Of a stretch of 64,000 nt of DNA, positions 35,301 through 45,600 are shown one piece after another (position 1 is the first letter of the stretch; each line of letters opens with the position of its first letter). This stretch comes from Chlorokybus atmophyticus. Taxonomy: Eukaryota; Plantae; Mesostigma and Chlorokybus algae. The position numbers and the translations under genes are program-made. The stretch covers positions 329,439 to 393,438 of the forward strand of contig RHPI01003041.1 in the NCBI GenBank assembly GCA_009103225.1, given 5' to 3'. The notes under the pieces are model-generated. The model ran no database searches. It was given only the letters and a program-made list of their open reading frames with translations, and was not told where the DNA came from.

Positions 35301-36444
35301 GCTCATGCACACGCACATGCACGTGCGTGTATACCTTTTTGCATTCATCAACATCAACGGATTGCACATGCACAGATACACATGTGCACACACACGCATA
35401 CACGCGTTGACATGAGGTAGCAATGAGAAATGTTGCGTATTGCAGGTGGTCAGGAGGGGTGGTGATGCGGATGCTGAGCCCAGTCTGCAGTCATTAATGA
35501 TCCCCTTCTTTGCAACAATACGGCATCCCACGTCAACATCATCGGCCCCACGGCCAGTCTTCGGCCCATTCATCAAACTCTCTCCCAGCTGCCAGTCCCT
35601 CGCACTCGACACGTTGTATTACTACAACTCCAACACGCACAACCCGGCGATGCTTCGCGCGTTGGCTTTGTGTTGCGCGCACGCAAGTGTACCTGTCGCG
35701 TCGATATCGCGCACACTCGATATTGTCATCTCGCAAGCCGCGCGCATCGATGTCGCCGACCTGCTCCAGTTTGTTGTGGCAATACTCTTTCCCATATCGA
35801 GTGTCCACATTGCCGATATCACCCAACATGCACGTCGTGTGGACATTGTACATGCGTGTTGCTCGGCACTCAAGCGGTTGGGTGACGGCGTGACTGTTGT
35901 GAGGCTTCTTTCGAGCGTGTTGCGCGTGCAATTAAGGACAGATGTTGGAATGTTGGAGCAGTATGCTGCGGTTGCGGTTGTGACGGCGTGTGCGGAGGTC
36001 AACTTTGCTGGAAGAGAGGAGTTTGAAGCTGCACTTGAGGTGGACAACATGCCGAGTGTTCTCGCTGCGTGCGCCATCGCGCAACAACAACAACAACAAC
36101 AACAACAAAAACAGGAGGGACCTTCACAGTCAGCCAACAAACTGTTGCTCGCTCTGTCCACGCTGAGGGCGTGTCCAGGGTACTTGGCGGGTTTCATTAG
36201 CTCATTGCTGGAGAGTGTAGAGGCCAACACAGGGTTGGCTTCACCTACGTTGGGCGTAGTGTACTCGCTGGCTTCAGATGTTGGGTTGCGGGGTTTGTTG
36301 ATTGCAGTTGAGGAGGAGTTGCGCGCGCTTGTGAGTGCTTTGCGGAGGTGTCGTGCAGATGTTGGTCTGGACTACTCGCGGCGGATTGAACAGCTGGAAG
36401 TGCTGCTAGACAGCTTGCTTGGCTGGTCTGGAGGACAGAGGTAG
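31806..36444 (+). CDS. TEX10: TEX10/Ipi1 (Rix1 complex, pre-60S processing), multi-exon
   Basis: MAKGGGKKKAKKRGLGVDWAKAKSKVGRKLPAANNSTDTGFK, then SRSLLLPSQS...SHHSALTRKEAL...ERVSDVDAGVR (Ipi1_N pattern). Further exons at 32356-32682, ~33475-33587, ~33679-33987, ~34194-34421, ~34667-35157 and ~35446-36444. Confidence 0.85.
32292..32329. repeat. (CT)n microsatellite at a TEX10 acceptor pyrimidine tract
   Basis: Uninterrupted CT run in the first intron just before the acceptor at 32355. Confidence 0.95.
32699..33023. other. Assembly gap within a TEX10 intron
   Basis: N run flanked by G/T-rich sequence. Confidence 1.
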
Positions 36445-37985
36445 AGCAGCTATCACTAGTGTGAGGTTGCTGAATTGGGTTTGACCCGTTGTGCGAGCAC
36501 GTTTGCTAAGTCAATGTAAATATTTGCTGTTCCCTGTGGTCTCGCAAGACTGTGACAGCGCTCACGTTGTGGTGAGGCATGCGCGCGTGGATTTTTTTGG
36601 CATGTAAGAACAGACGTTGGACAAGCTCACGTGTAACTGTAACATTATCATGTATTCGGTTGATGTTTGTACACACATACTGCATGTTGCGTACACGCAC
36701 AAGCTGATGCTATCCTTGAACCTTCGTGCAGTACATCATCTCGTTGTCAGTAGCTGATGACCCAAGAGGTGAGGTGTTCTGGCAGACAGTTCACCCATAC
36801 CGCGCACATCTTGGTACTCTAGGCATGGCAAATTTGAGCACAAGTGACATGAACCTTAGCCTGGCAGGACATCCGGTTATCCATATTCCATGCACAGCAT
36901 GACGTGCCTGACATTCTGGCTGTGCTCCCTTGCGTGGAAAGAGACAAACACAGTCCAATGTCTGTAACAAGAACAACAGCCAGCAGTACAACACCAACTG
37001 ACACGTCCTCTCATGTGCAGCGTGCACCAGGTCAAGACCGTGCCCAGCAGCGCATTGGTAACGATTGTGGGGTGCAGTGCGTTGTAAAGGATGCCAACCA
37101 GGCAGCAGCCGCAGTAGCCCCGCGCTGCAAAGCCTGCACAAGGTACAAGCGATGCACTGGTAAAACATGGCGAGCAATCCAATATACAATGCCCCTTTGT
37201 ACAGATGTAAACTATATCTGTGTGAGCTTGATCGAACCACACATCATGCGCACGGCTCCAGTAGCTGGAGTATACAGCGGGACCCAGTGTGCCATGCACG
37301 GAAGGTGCCAGCGGAGTAGTATTGATCTGTTTGGCTGCCGACAGGGAAGTGTGAGCAGCTTCAGCAGCAGTCAGCAGCAACACAACAGCAGTTGCACTAG
37401 TCAGAGGTGCAGTAACAACCCCACAATTAAGCCCGAGCAGACGCAACAGCGCTCAGGTTGATACAATTTCCTACAGCGGACCACCACTTATCGACACCAC
37501 ATGCGCATGCGCCCACGCAGTAATGAACAAAGATTGCCAGAGAGCAGCAGGGTATCTTCAAATCACACTCAAGACTTGTATGCATGTCTAACGGGGAGGT
37601 CTAGACTAGTGTAGTGTAGTGAGCTTGGAACAAACATTGTGTATAGCCCGGTGGTTGCGTTACAATGTGCTTGCATGCTGTTTGGCATGCTGCGATGTCA
37701 TGCATTTCTACAACTACTGGCAGGACATCCTGTACTCATGGCATGTATGCATGCATGTGTATGCACATGTACCATACTCGCACAAACCCAAGCTGTCACA
37801 CAACAAATGCTCAGCAAGTCGCAACTGCACAATTTCATACGTAGCAACAAAGCGTTGCTCGTCAAAAATCCAACCAGTACATACAATCGTATCTACAAGC
37901 GCCGAGAATACGTCGCGAATAGGCAGTTCTGAACAACTACCCTGTAAGCAGGCTAAGCGCCCGCAACTGTACTGCACGCTTCTGC

Positions 37986-38636
37986 TCACAGCATCCAATT
38001 CAACAGCGAGCAAAGCTGAAGTTCTGTTTGCGCCAGCAGAGTAGGCGAGATGCATGCCACATTGGCAACAAGCCGGCAAGTGGGGATGTTGGCTCCGTTC
38101 TCCATCTGCAGGGCCAAGCGCAAGCATGCGGCCAGCATGGCTCTGCTATGCCTGGGCGAGCTGGGTCTTCCTGTTCTCAGCAGCACGCGTCTCAACACCC
38201 TCAACGCCAACGCCGACAACCTCGCAGGCAACCCCAGCTCCCTCACCCAATCGTCCAGGACGTGGGTTCTGTGTGCAGCACCAGGTTTCCGGCCTCCATG
38301 AGCAGGACGATTATTCTCCTCCTGATCCAAGCATGCTCCGCAGACTCTGGGTCTCACAGGACAGGGGCAAGCAGGACCTGTGACAGCTGGACAGTTCAAA
38401 CACGGGCGGTGGCAGCGGCAGCAGAGAGGGCTCCTGGCATGACGGGTGACAAGGTTGTTGGCGCTGTGAACCTTGGCGTCGCACTGGCCGCACAGATCGG
38501 CATTGTCCGCCCCGCACCTCACCACCGCCAGGTCCTGGCACAGCTCGCACCTCCCCAACGACGACGGCGGCGGCGGCCCCGCAGCCTCCTCCTTCTCCTC
38601 CCGCTCCCTCAACGCAGCAACAGCCCCCCACGCCAT
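37986..38636 (-). CDS. Single B-box zinc-finger protein, BBX32-like (intronless)
   Basis: B-box1 CELCQDLAVVRCGADNADLCGQCDAKVHSANNLVTRHARSPLC with no CCT domain. The C-terminus VLDDWVRELGL...MLAACL...VANVACISPTLLAQTELQL parallels my recollection of Arabidopsis BBX32 (IFVNWCGKLGL...FLAAAFW...VEDVTGVSAGMIRAVESKL). First ATG is at 38636. Confidence 0.85.
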   Translation of the reverse strand: MAWGAVAALREREEKEEAAGPPPPSSLGRCELCQDLAVVRCGADNADLCGQCDAKVHSANNLVTRHARSPLCCRCHRPCLNCPAVTGPACPCPVRPRVCGACLDQEENNRPAHGGRKPGAAHRTHVLDDWVRELGLPARLSALALRVLRRVLLRTGRPSSPRHSRAMLAACLRLALQMENGANIPTCRLVANVACISPTLLAQTELQLCSLLNWML

Positions 38637-41143
38637 AGCCCTTTCCTCCACGCAGAGCAACACCAAGGGCAGAAACCAGCACACTCCGTCCAAAACCCAG
38701 CAGAAAGGAAGCTCCTCTCCCGGTTTGTCCTTCTCAGACCCAGACAGGAGTCGTCAACCACAAGGTAACACCAGCGACACCGTCGCCGACCTCGCCTTCG
38801 CCTTCGCCTTCGCTGGCGCCGCCGCTCACAACCACAATCTCAACGCTGAGCACAATCACACCGCAGCACCACAGGCGATGTATCAAGTCGCCAATAAGCC
38901 CTAACGGCTGACTACAGCGCCCGAAGCCTTCACACGTAAGCACAGCTTCGCAAGCTTATCCGTCAGGTTCGCTCTCCCGCCTGCGTGCTTTGCTGTGGCT
39001 GTCGCGCTTCACACTGTTCGGCGCCCTTCTTCTGCTTCTTCAGCCTGTGGGCGCTGACAGCCGTGGCAGGCGGAGGGCGGGGACGGGGACCTGCCTTATG
39101 GTGTCAGTGCGGACAGGCAGAGCGGTGGTTGTGAATTCGTCTCGCTCGCAGCTCCGCGCGCGCGCGCGCCCCCACTTTGGTGTTGGAGCCGCGGGGCACT
39201 CCCGCAGGCGCTGTCAGAATGTCAGCTCCCAGCAGCTTCCCGACCAGCTGATCCTCTGGCAGAATCCCCTGGACCTCCGCAACCTGCGCTTTACCTAACC
39301 ACCTTTCATCGATATCATTTCGAGCTGTGACTTCCACGCTTCTTTGGCAGGGAAGAAGCCTGGATACTGCAAGTTTTCAAACACGCCACAGTTAGCTTTG
39401 TGGTCAACGATTCTCTGTTGCGAATTGACGTGCGCGAAGCAGGGGTCAGCAGCGTGGCCAGCGGCTTGTGTGGTGGCGTACGCTGTGTACGTACAGCAAG
39501 TTTAGACAACACATGTCACTAACGTTAGCCTTGTGCATGAGAGGTCAGTAGAGGAGGGCTCGACTGCCGAAACGTTAGCCAGTTAAACGCGGAGTTACGT
39601 GTACAACCGGTAGGACTGTCAGGTATCTTGAGGCTATGCGTGAATCGGCACTCTGGCCGACGCGGCAACCCCACTGCCGATCTTTACTGAGTAAATATCT
39701 AGAGCTGCACTGCAATGACCGGTTGAATGCTTGGCCCTGCTGAGCCGCATCAAACAAGACGCGGCCGATTTGGCTTCCTCACCCTAAAATCCACACCCAA
39801 ATGTTGTGTGGGGCCCTGCACTGGCCTGAGGGGACCAAAAAGTGCACTCGTGATCGCGGATCGGCGATCTCAGGGTCCGCGACCGGAATCGGCATCACCC
39901 CACCAGAGTTCAGTGGCTCAGACTGGACCTGGCCTTGCGCGCTGCAGCGCTGAGCTCCTGGTCGCGTGGTTGTGCTGGACAATCTGTGCACGCCTGGTTG
40001 CAATGATCCAAGACTAATATTACTCTTGGATTATTGCAAGCAGGCGTGCACAGGTTAGCTCTTCTATTTGCATTGCATGACTTCATTGTAGATCACAATT
40101 TGTAATGCCTATAACTCACACAATGCCGTTATGTTGTTATTGTGCGTGCAAGCATGTAAATACTTGCCGCATTATATATAGCTTGTCATTGCTTACACTC
40201 ACTCACTATTGTTGCAGACACAACAAGAGCATAAGATGTTCATACCCATTGTCCCACATTTTGAATCTATACGCCTATACATCCGGATGTATTGCACTAC
40301 AAATTTTGTGCAATACAATGACGGCTGATTATCATGAGCCAAGACACATGCGAGTATACCAAGAACGGCCTGCATTACATCGTTGAGTACATGCACTTTA
40401 AAAGTTCATGGTCAAACACACGCAATCTACTGCGTACAACATTAGACATCATGAAAAGATAAAAGGCACACACGACAACAACCATTCATTTATACAAATT
40501 AATACATAAGAAATGCAATAACCATGATTATATGGCTTGTGTTTTATGCCAAAAAAACTTCGAGCATGGCTTAATGTTATGTGAGCATCATTACACAACG
40601 ATACCACCTCGAGTGCATGCCATGGCATAAGTGGTAGTTTGCACATTTGGCACCTCATGCATGTCCATGTGAACAACTGTCGAAGCGGTTTAGATACGAT
40701 TATTTTATTGCACTGCAAGCTGCAATATGCAGCGAATGTAATTGAAAGAAAGGTGTTAAAGGCCTTTGTTGCGAAAAACAGCCGTCACGGTAATTTGCAC
40801 GATAAAGAGTCAGTGAGGCGTTAGCGATATTGAATGTTTACATATGATAAACTGAAGTTGTTATATTGGAAAAAGCCTGTCGAAAACCCCAAAATGCTGA
40901 CGTACGCTTTAACAATGTCGTATGACAGATCACCTGATCTGCATTTGTTACATCACAAAGCGAAAATGCAAATAACGTCATTTCAATGGTGATTATAATC
41001 GACCACAGTACATGTATCCATGATCTATTGACAAACTATTGTACTAGTCCACGAATGATTGTGTTAATGAATTTTGCATACCCCCCATTTTGTATAATTC
41101 CTCGCTTTATTTTAAGGCGAACGAGACCCGTTTGTGGGAAGGG

Positions 41144-41268
41144 NNNNNNNNNNNNNNNNNNNNNNNNNNNNNNNNNNNNNNNNNNNNNNNNNNNNNNNNN
41201 NNNNNNNNNNNNNNNNNNNNNNNNNNNNNNNNNNNNNNNNNNNNNNNNNNNNNNNNNNNNNNNNNNNN
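41144..41268. other. Assembly gap
   Basis: N run flanked by G-runs. Confidence 1.
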
Positions 41269-41560
41269 GGGGGCTCTTACTGCAGCTTAGGCTAACCATA
41301 ATTCTCCAGCTTAGGCTAATCGTTGCGCTTGCTGGTTTGCATGGTTCCTTGCAATCAGGTGCAATCTTTCAAGTGTACAGAACATGCGCAAGGTAGTTAC
41401 AAGCTTACATGACGTAAACAGAAGCACACATACAATTATGTCGGCATATTGGCATACCATATTATATACACTACCACTGTGCTAGTACACACTACTGGTT
41501 CACATCTAATGGACAACATAATCATGAATCTCCCCATTAGACATACATGATGGGTATGGG

Positions 41561-41691
41561 TTAAGGCTCTGGTATGATACATGCGGAGGGTGACGCGCAG
41601 AAGGAGCAAGTGGATAGGGCCCTGGTATGATACATTATGAGTTAAGGCCCTGGTATGTTACATACGGAGGGTGACGCGCAGGAGGAGCAAG
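41561..41691. repeat. Two ~50-bp direct repeats with a partial copy between them
   Basis: ttaaggc.ctggtatg.tacat.cggagggtgacgcgcag.aggagcaag at 41561-41610 and 41642-41691; gggccctggtatgatacat at ~41617. Confidence 0.9.
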
Positions 41692-42601
41692 CGGTTGACA
41701 CGTTTGCAGTTTAAGCGGCACGCTCTAGATACAATGGTTTGTTGGTTGATCCATTGCTATCTGTTGCCAATTGCTTGCCCCACTACCATCACATCACACA
41801 GCGCATATGACAGATATCAGCACTTAGGTAGCGAGTAGATGGCGGGTATACTATCAATTGCCTCTGCTTGTTGTGCCTACGCTGCTTGCCCTGCTATGCA
41901 TTTCTGAAATGACATACCACATTCTATACCTTATAGACGATGCATGCACCCACCTTGCATTTTGTATACCCTATTGCCCGCATGGCAACAGTCTCAATAT
42001 GGCAATCTTGGCACAGGTGCGGACTGTGGTGATGGTGGGCTGTGCACTGCAAGCTCGCCTAGCTGATGGTGATGTTGAGTTGATGTTGTTGTGGTAGGGG
42101 TTTGGGTCAACCCATGTGACAGTTGTTTGTTGTGTTGGTTGCAATGCGGACTTGGAATGCAAGCACGCACTATGGTTGGCGACAATTGCAATGTGATGTT
42201 ACACATGCGTGCAAGTTGTAACATACCTGCCCACATGGGCTGCTGTCCTTTCAAGCCACTTTGCACCATGCAATCAAAAACCCTACTCGAGAGTTAAGCT
42301 GCTTATGGGATGGCCTGATGCCTTATATCCTAGTCAACTTGGAGTGTGACCAGCGCCTCCGACCTGGCTCCCTGCCTGCAACCCAGGACCTTGCCGCCCA
42401 GGTGCACTTGTTAGCATGGTACTCTAGACTAAAGAACGCACAAAGATATGCATGCATGCAGTTACCTCATATACAAGAGCGCACATGCGCACAAACTTAT
42501 TGCACAGTGCACAGGAAGTGCACACATCAAACCAACCAAACCTACACCAACAATTCCAAAATGCACGAAAAGTGTACAGTGACCTATCAACCAACTCGCG
42601 T

Positions 42602-45600
42602 TCACGTCAGCGAGCGTTGCGTCAACTCAAACCATTGACGCAGCAAGTCCGCAAGCGTTCGAGGGAGTGCACCAATGTCCCTCAGCAAAATGTAGTAAGG
42701 GAAAGGGAAGGTGTCAAGATAGTTATTGAAAGCGGGTGTGCCGCCCGCAAAAGACACCGTCTGCATGTCGAGAATGGAGTCGCTCGGGTTATCGAGCACA
42801 ATGAAGGCCAACAGCTGCTCCCTTGTCATCGCTTCTCTGACACAACGTTGCAGACTCTCTTTCTCATGAAAGCGACCATCCGCAACAATCAGCACAAGCT
42901 GCTGCAGCGGCTGCGCACTCAGACTCGCGCTCTGCCTCGAACGCGCGTGGTCTAACATGCGAGTCAGGTGCTCCAACAAATCCTTCACTGGCGCATCGGC
43001 TATGGTGTTGTCCTGCTGGAAACTGAACTGAGATATCACCTGTTGCGCATGCCTCAGAGTCAGCGTACATGTGCATGCGTGCGTGTCTGTGTGCAGTGAG
43101 TGTGCCCTGCAGGTACATGTGCCTGTGCGTTTTATGTTTTAGTGCGCAAGAAGACAAACAAATACACTGCATATGCACAATCAGTGAAAGGCTTTGCACT
43201 TACGTCGATGCCAGCTTCATCGCTGAAAGGCTGGTCAAAGGAGTGCAGGACACGCACACGTTCGCGGCCGCCAAAGCTGATAATTGAGAGCTCGCCAACC
43301 TCGAGGTGTGTCAGCGCCTTGGCAAGAAGCGTCATGGATTCCAAGGCCAGGCTGCCGCAGCCTGTCTCTGTCATTGAGCGGGAGTCATCTATGGCCAACA
43401 CCACCTGATACTGCCGCTTGTCTGGTTTCGTGCGCCTCAACCAGATCTTGTCTTTGCGAAACTGGCTTGCAATGTATGCAATGACCTGTTGACACACCAT
43501 CAACATTGTTGATGCACGACTGCAACTCTAAAGTACAATCATGCACAAGGCCAGCTAGCAGAAAAAGGACCTTTTTCATGCTGATGCGCTTGCCGCTGCG
43601 GTAATCGCCTTGGAGTTTGCTGGCGGATGTGGGCTCTAGGATGAGCCGGAGCTGCTCGGTCAGTTCTTGAGAGAGCTGGTGCGTAAGCAGCTCATAACGC
43701 TGCCAGAGCTCTCGCGCCTGCAACCGGGCATGATCCCCTTCCTGCCACGCCTGTAGCTGGGCAGCAACCTGGCCACACAGTAAGGCATAAACATAAAATA
43801 TGTGCGAAAAAACACTCTCACCTACACGCTCGTATTCTCGTGCACTCGCACAAGCACATGCGCACACGCATGCAAGCCTAAAGCATTGCATTGCAGAGCA
43901 TTGCAGACAAGTGCAGACAAATTAATCCGACAGAGATGTGTAACTTGACACAAAGCCTCGCAAGCTTGGAAACATCTCACTACATGCAGCTGCTTTTAGA
44001 CACATGTAACGTGCACAGCAGAAGAACTGACCTCCTGGCGCATGCGGGCCAGCTCTTCTTTTGTCAAGGGCGTCCGGTCCGCCAGGTTGTTGCTAAGTGC
44101 CAGTGGCTTCAGCTCTTGCACAGTCACCGAGGAAGTGATCTGTGTCTCAATACCATCGCCCCAACTGCGCTGCGCGTCCGCACCGTCTCCATCTGGCACC
44201 TGAATGGACTCTTGCACTGCTTCTGCTAAGTCACCAGCAATATTGGACTGTTCAACCTTGCGGCTCTGTACAGTGCCGGGTGCAACATCAGGCGCCCGTT
44301 GGTTGATTTGGTCATCCTCCTCATCATGTCCGGGTGGAAAGGCTTCGGCCATGTCCTCATCCTCGGCTTCAATGCCATCTTGTGTCTCTGCTGCAGCCAG
44401 CTGCTCGTCTGTGGCAGTACCGAGCGTCTGCGCATCTGTGCCTGCATTCTCAGGTGCGTACTCATAGGTTGCGGAGGTGTCTTCCTTGTCAACGATGTCA
44501 CTTTCAACTGCAAAAACATTTATTATTAATACATCAGCATCAAAGCAACAACCAACGGCACTTGAAGGCATAGTACAAGCTATGAACTGACCTTGCGCTG
44601 AAGTTGGCTCGGCTGACGGTTCAGCAGCAGAATCATGCACAACGGTGAGACGCTCGCGCCAGCGCTTCAACGCATCCCCCAAGCTCCGATAAGGGTTGGC
44701 GTCCAGTGGCTGGGTTTGCTTCGCCTGCGGCTGCGATGCTTGACCGGAAGCAAACTGCCCCTCCACGCCTTCCGCAGCAGCTTGGGTCTGCGTCTGGTTG
44801 TCCGGCGGCTGCATGCCAGCCTGCTGTTCGGCCTGCGCATCCATGTCTTCTTCTGCTTGCATCTGCGCCTCGTGTCCAGATGGCCCGAACGTTGATGCTG
44901 CAATGGCTTGAGGTTGACGCTGGGTTAACCGCGCAGCATCCACGTCTTCATCCGCAGCAGGCCTAGCCGTGTCAGGTTCCACATCCGCGTGTTGGGCCTG
45001 CTGGTCACCTGCCATGTCATCACGCTCCTCCTCCTCAGGTGTCTGTTGGGTGTCCATGTCCTGAGCATCATCAGCTTGCTGCTCTGTTGCATCAACATCA
45101 GGCTCAGCTTCTGCTTCCTCTGCAGGTGCATCCTCGGCAGCATGCTCAGCTGCCGCAGATGCTTCAGGCGCAGCAGCTGGGTTGGTTTCAGAGTCATTTG
45201 CTTCGGCATCGGCATCAGCATCCTCACCGCCTTCATCAGTGGCATCCTCTGCATCTTCTTGGTCAAGATCCATGTTGTCATCCAACTCGAGCTGTTCATC
45301 AGCCTTGGCCTGAAGCCCATGCGAGTCCTCCACCTGCTCTGAAGGCTCATGTTCCTCGCTCTCCATATCTTCACCGGCAGCCTTTTCAGGATGTTGCTGT
45401 TGTTGTTGTTCTTGGTCTAACGGCTCCTTGTCAGCATCATCACCTGAGTAAGGTTGTTTGGAATATGTGTGCAACAATCAGCATCAGGATACTGGACGCG
45501 CAAACTGAGGTACTCACCTTGAGCATCATCAGTCCCGCGGTAGTCCAACTCTTGCTGTGCACTGGCTTGAATGGGTGCATCCTTCTCATAGCTCTCAGGC

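Noticed and set aside
22574-35420. Many H/T/C/V/A-rich ORFs in the track
   Set aside because: These arise from stop-poor CA/TG repeat introns and overlap or oppose the true MSH1 and TEX10 exons.
36791-37461. Overlapping 149-189 aa ORFs between TEX10 and the B-box gene
   Set aside because: No recognisable motif or consistent splice structure; more likely 3' UTR or intergenic sequence.
38028-38768. 246-aa plus-strand ORF
   Set aside because: Antisense shadow of the GC-rich B-box coding sequence.
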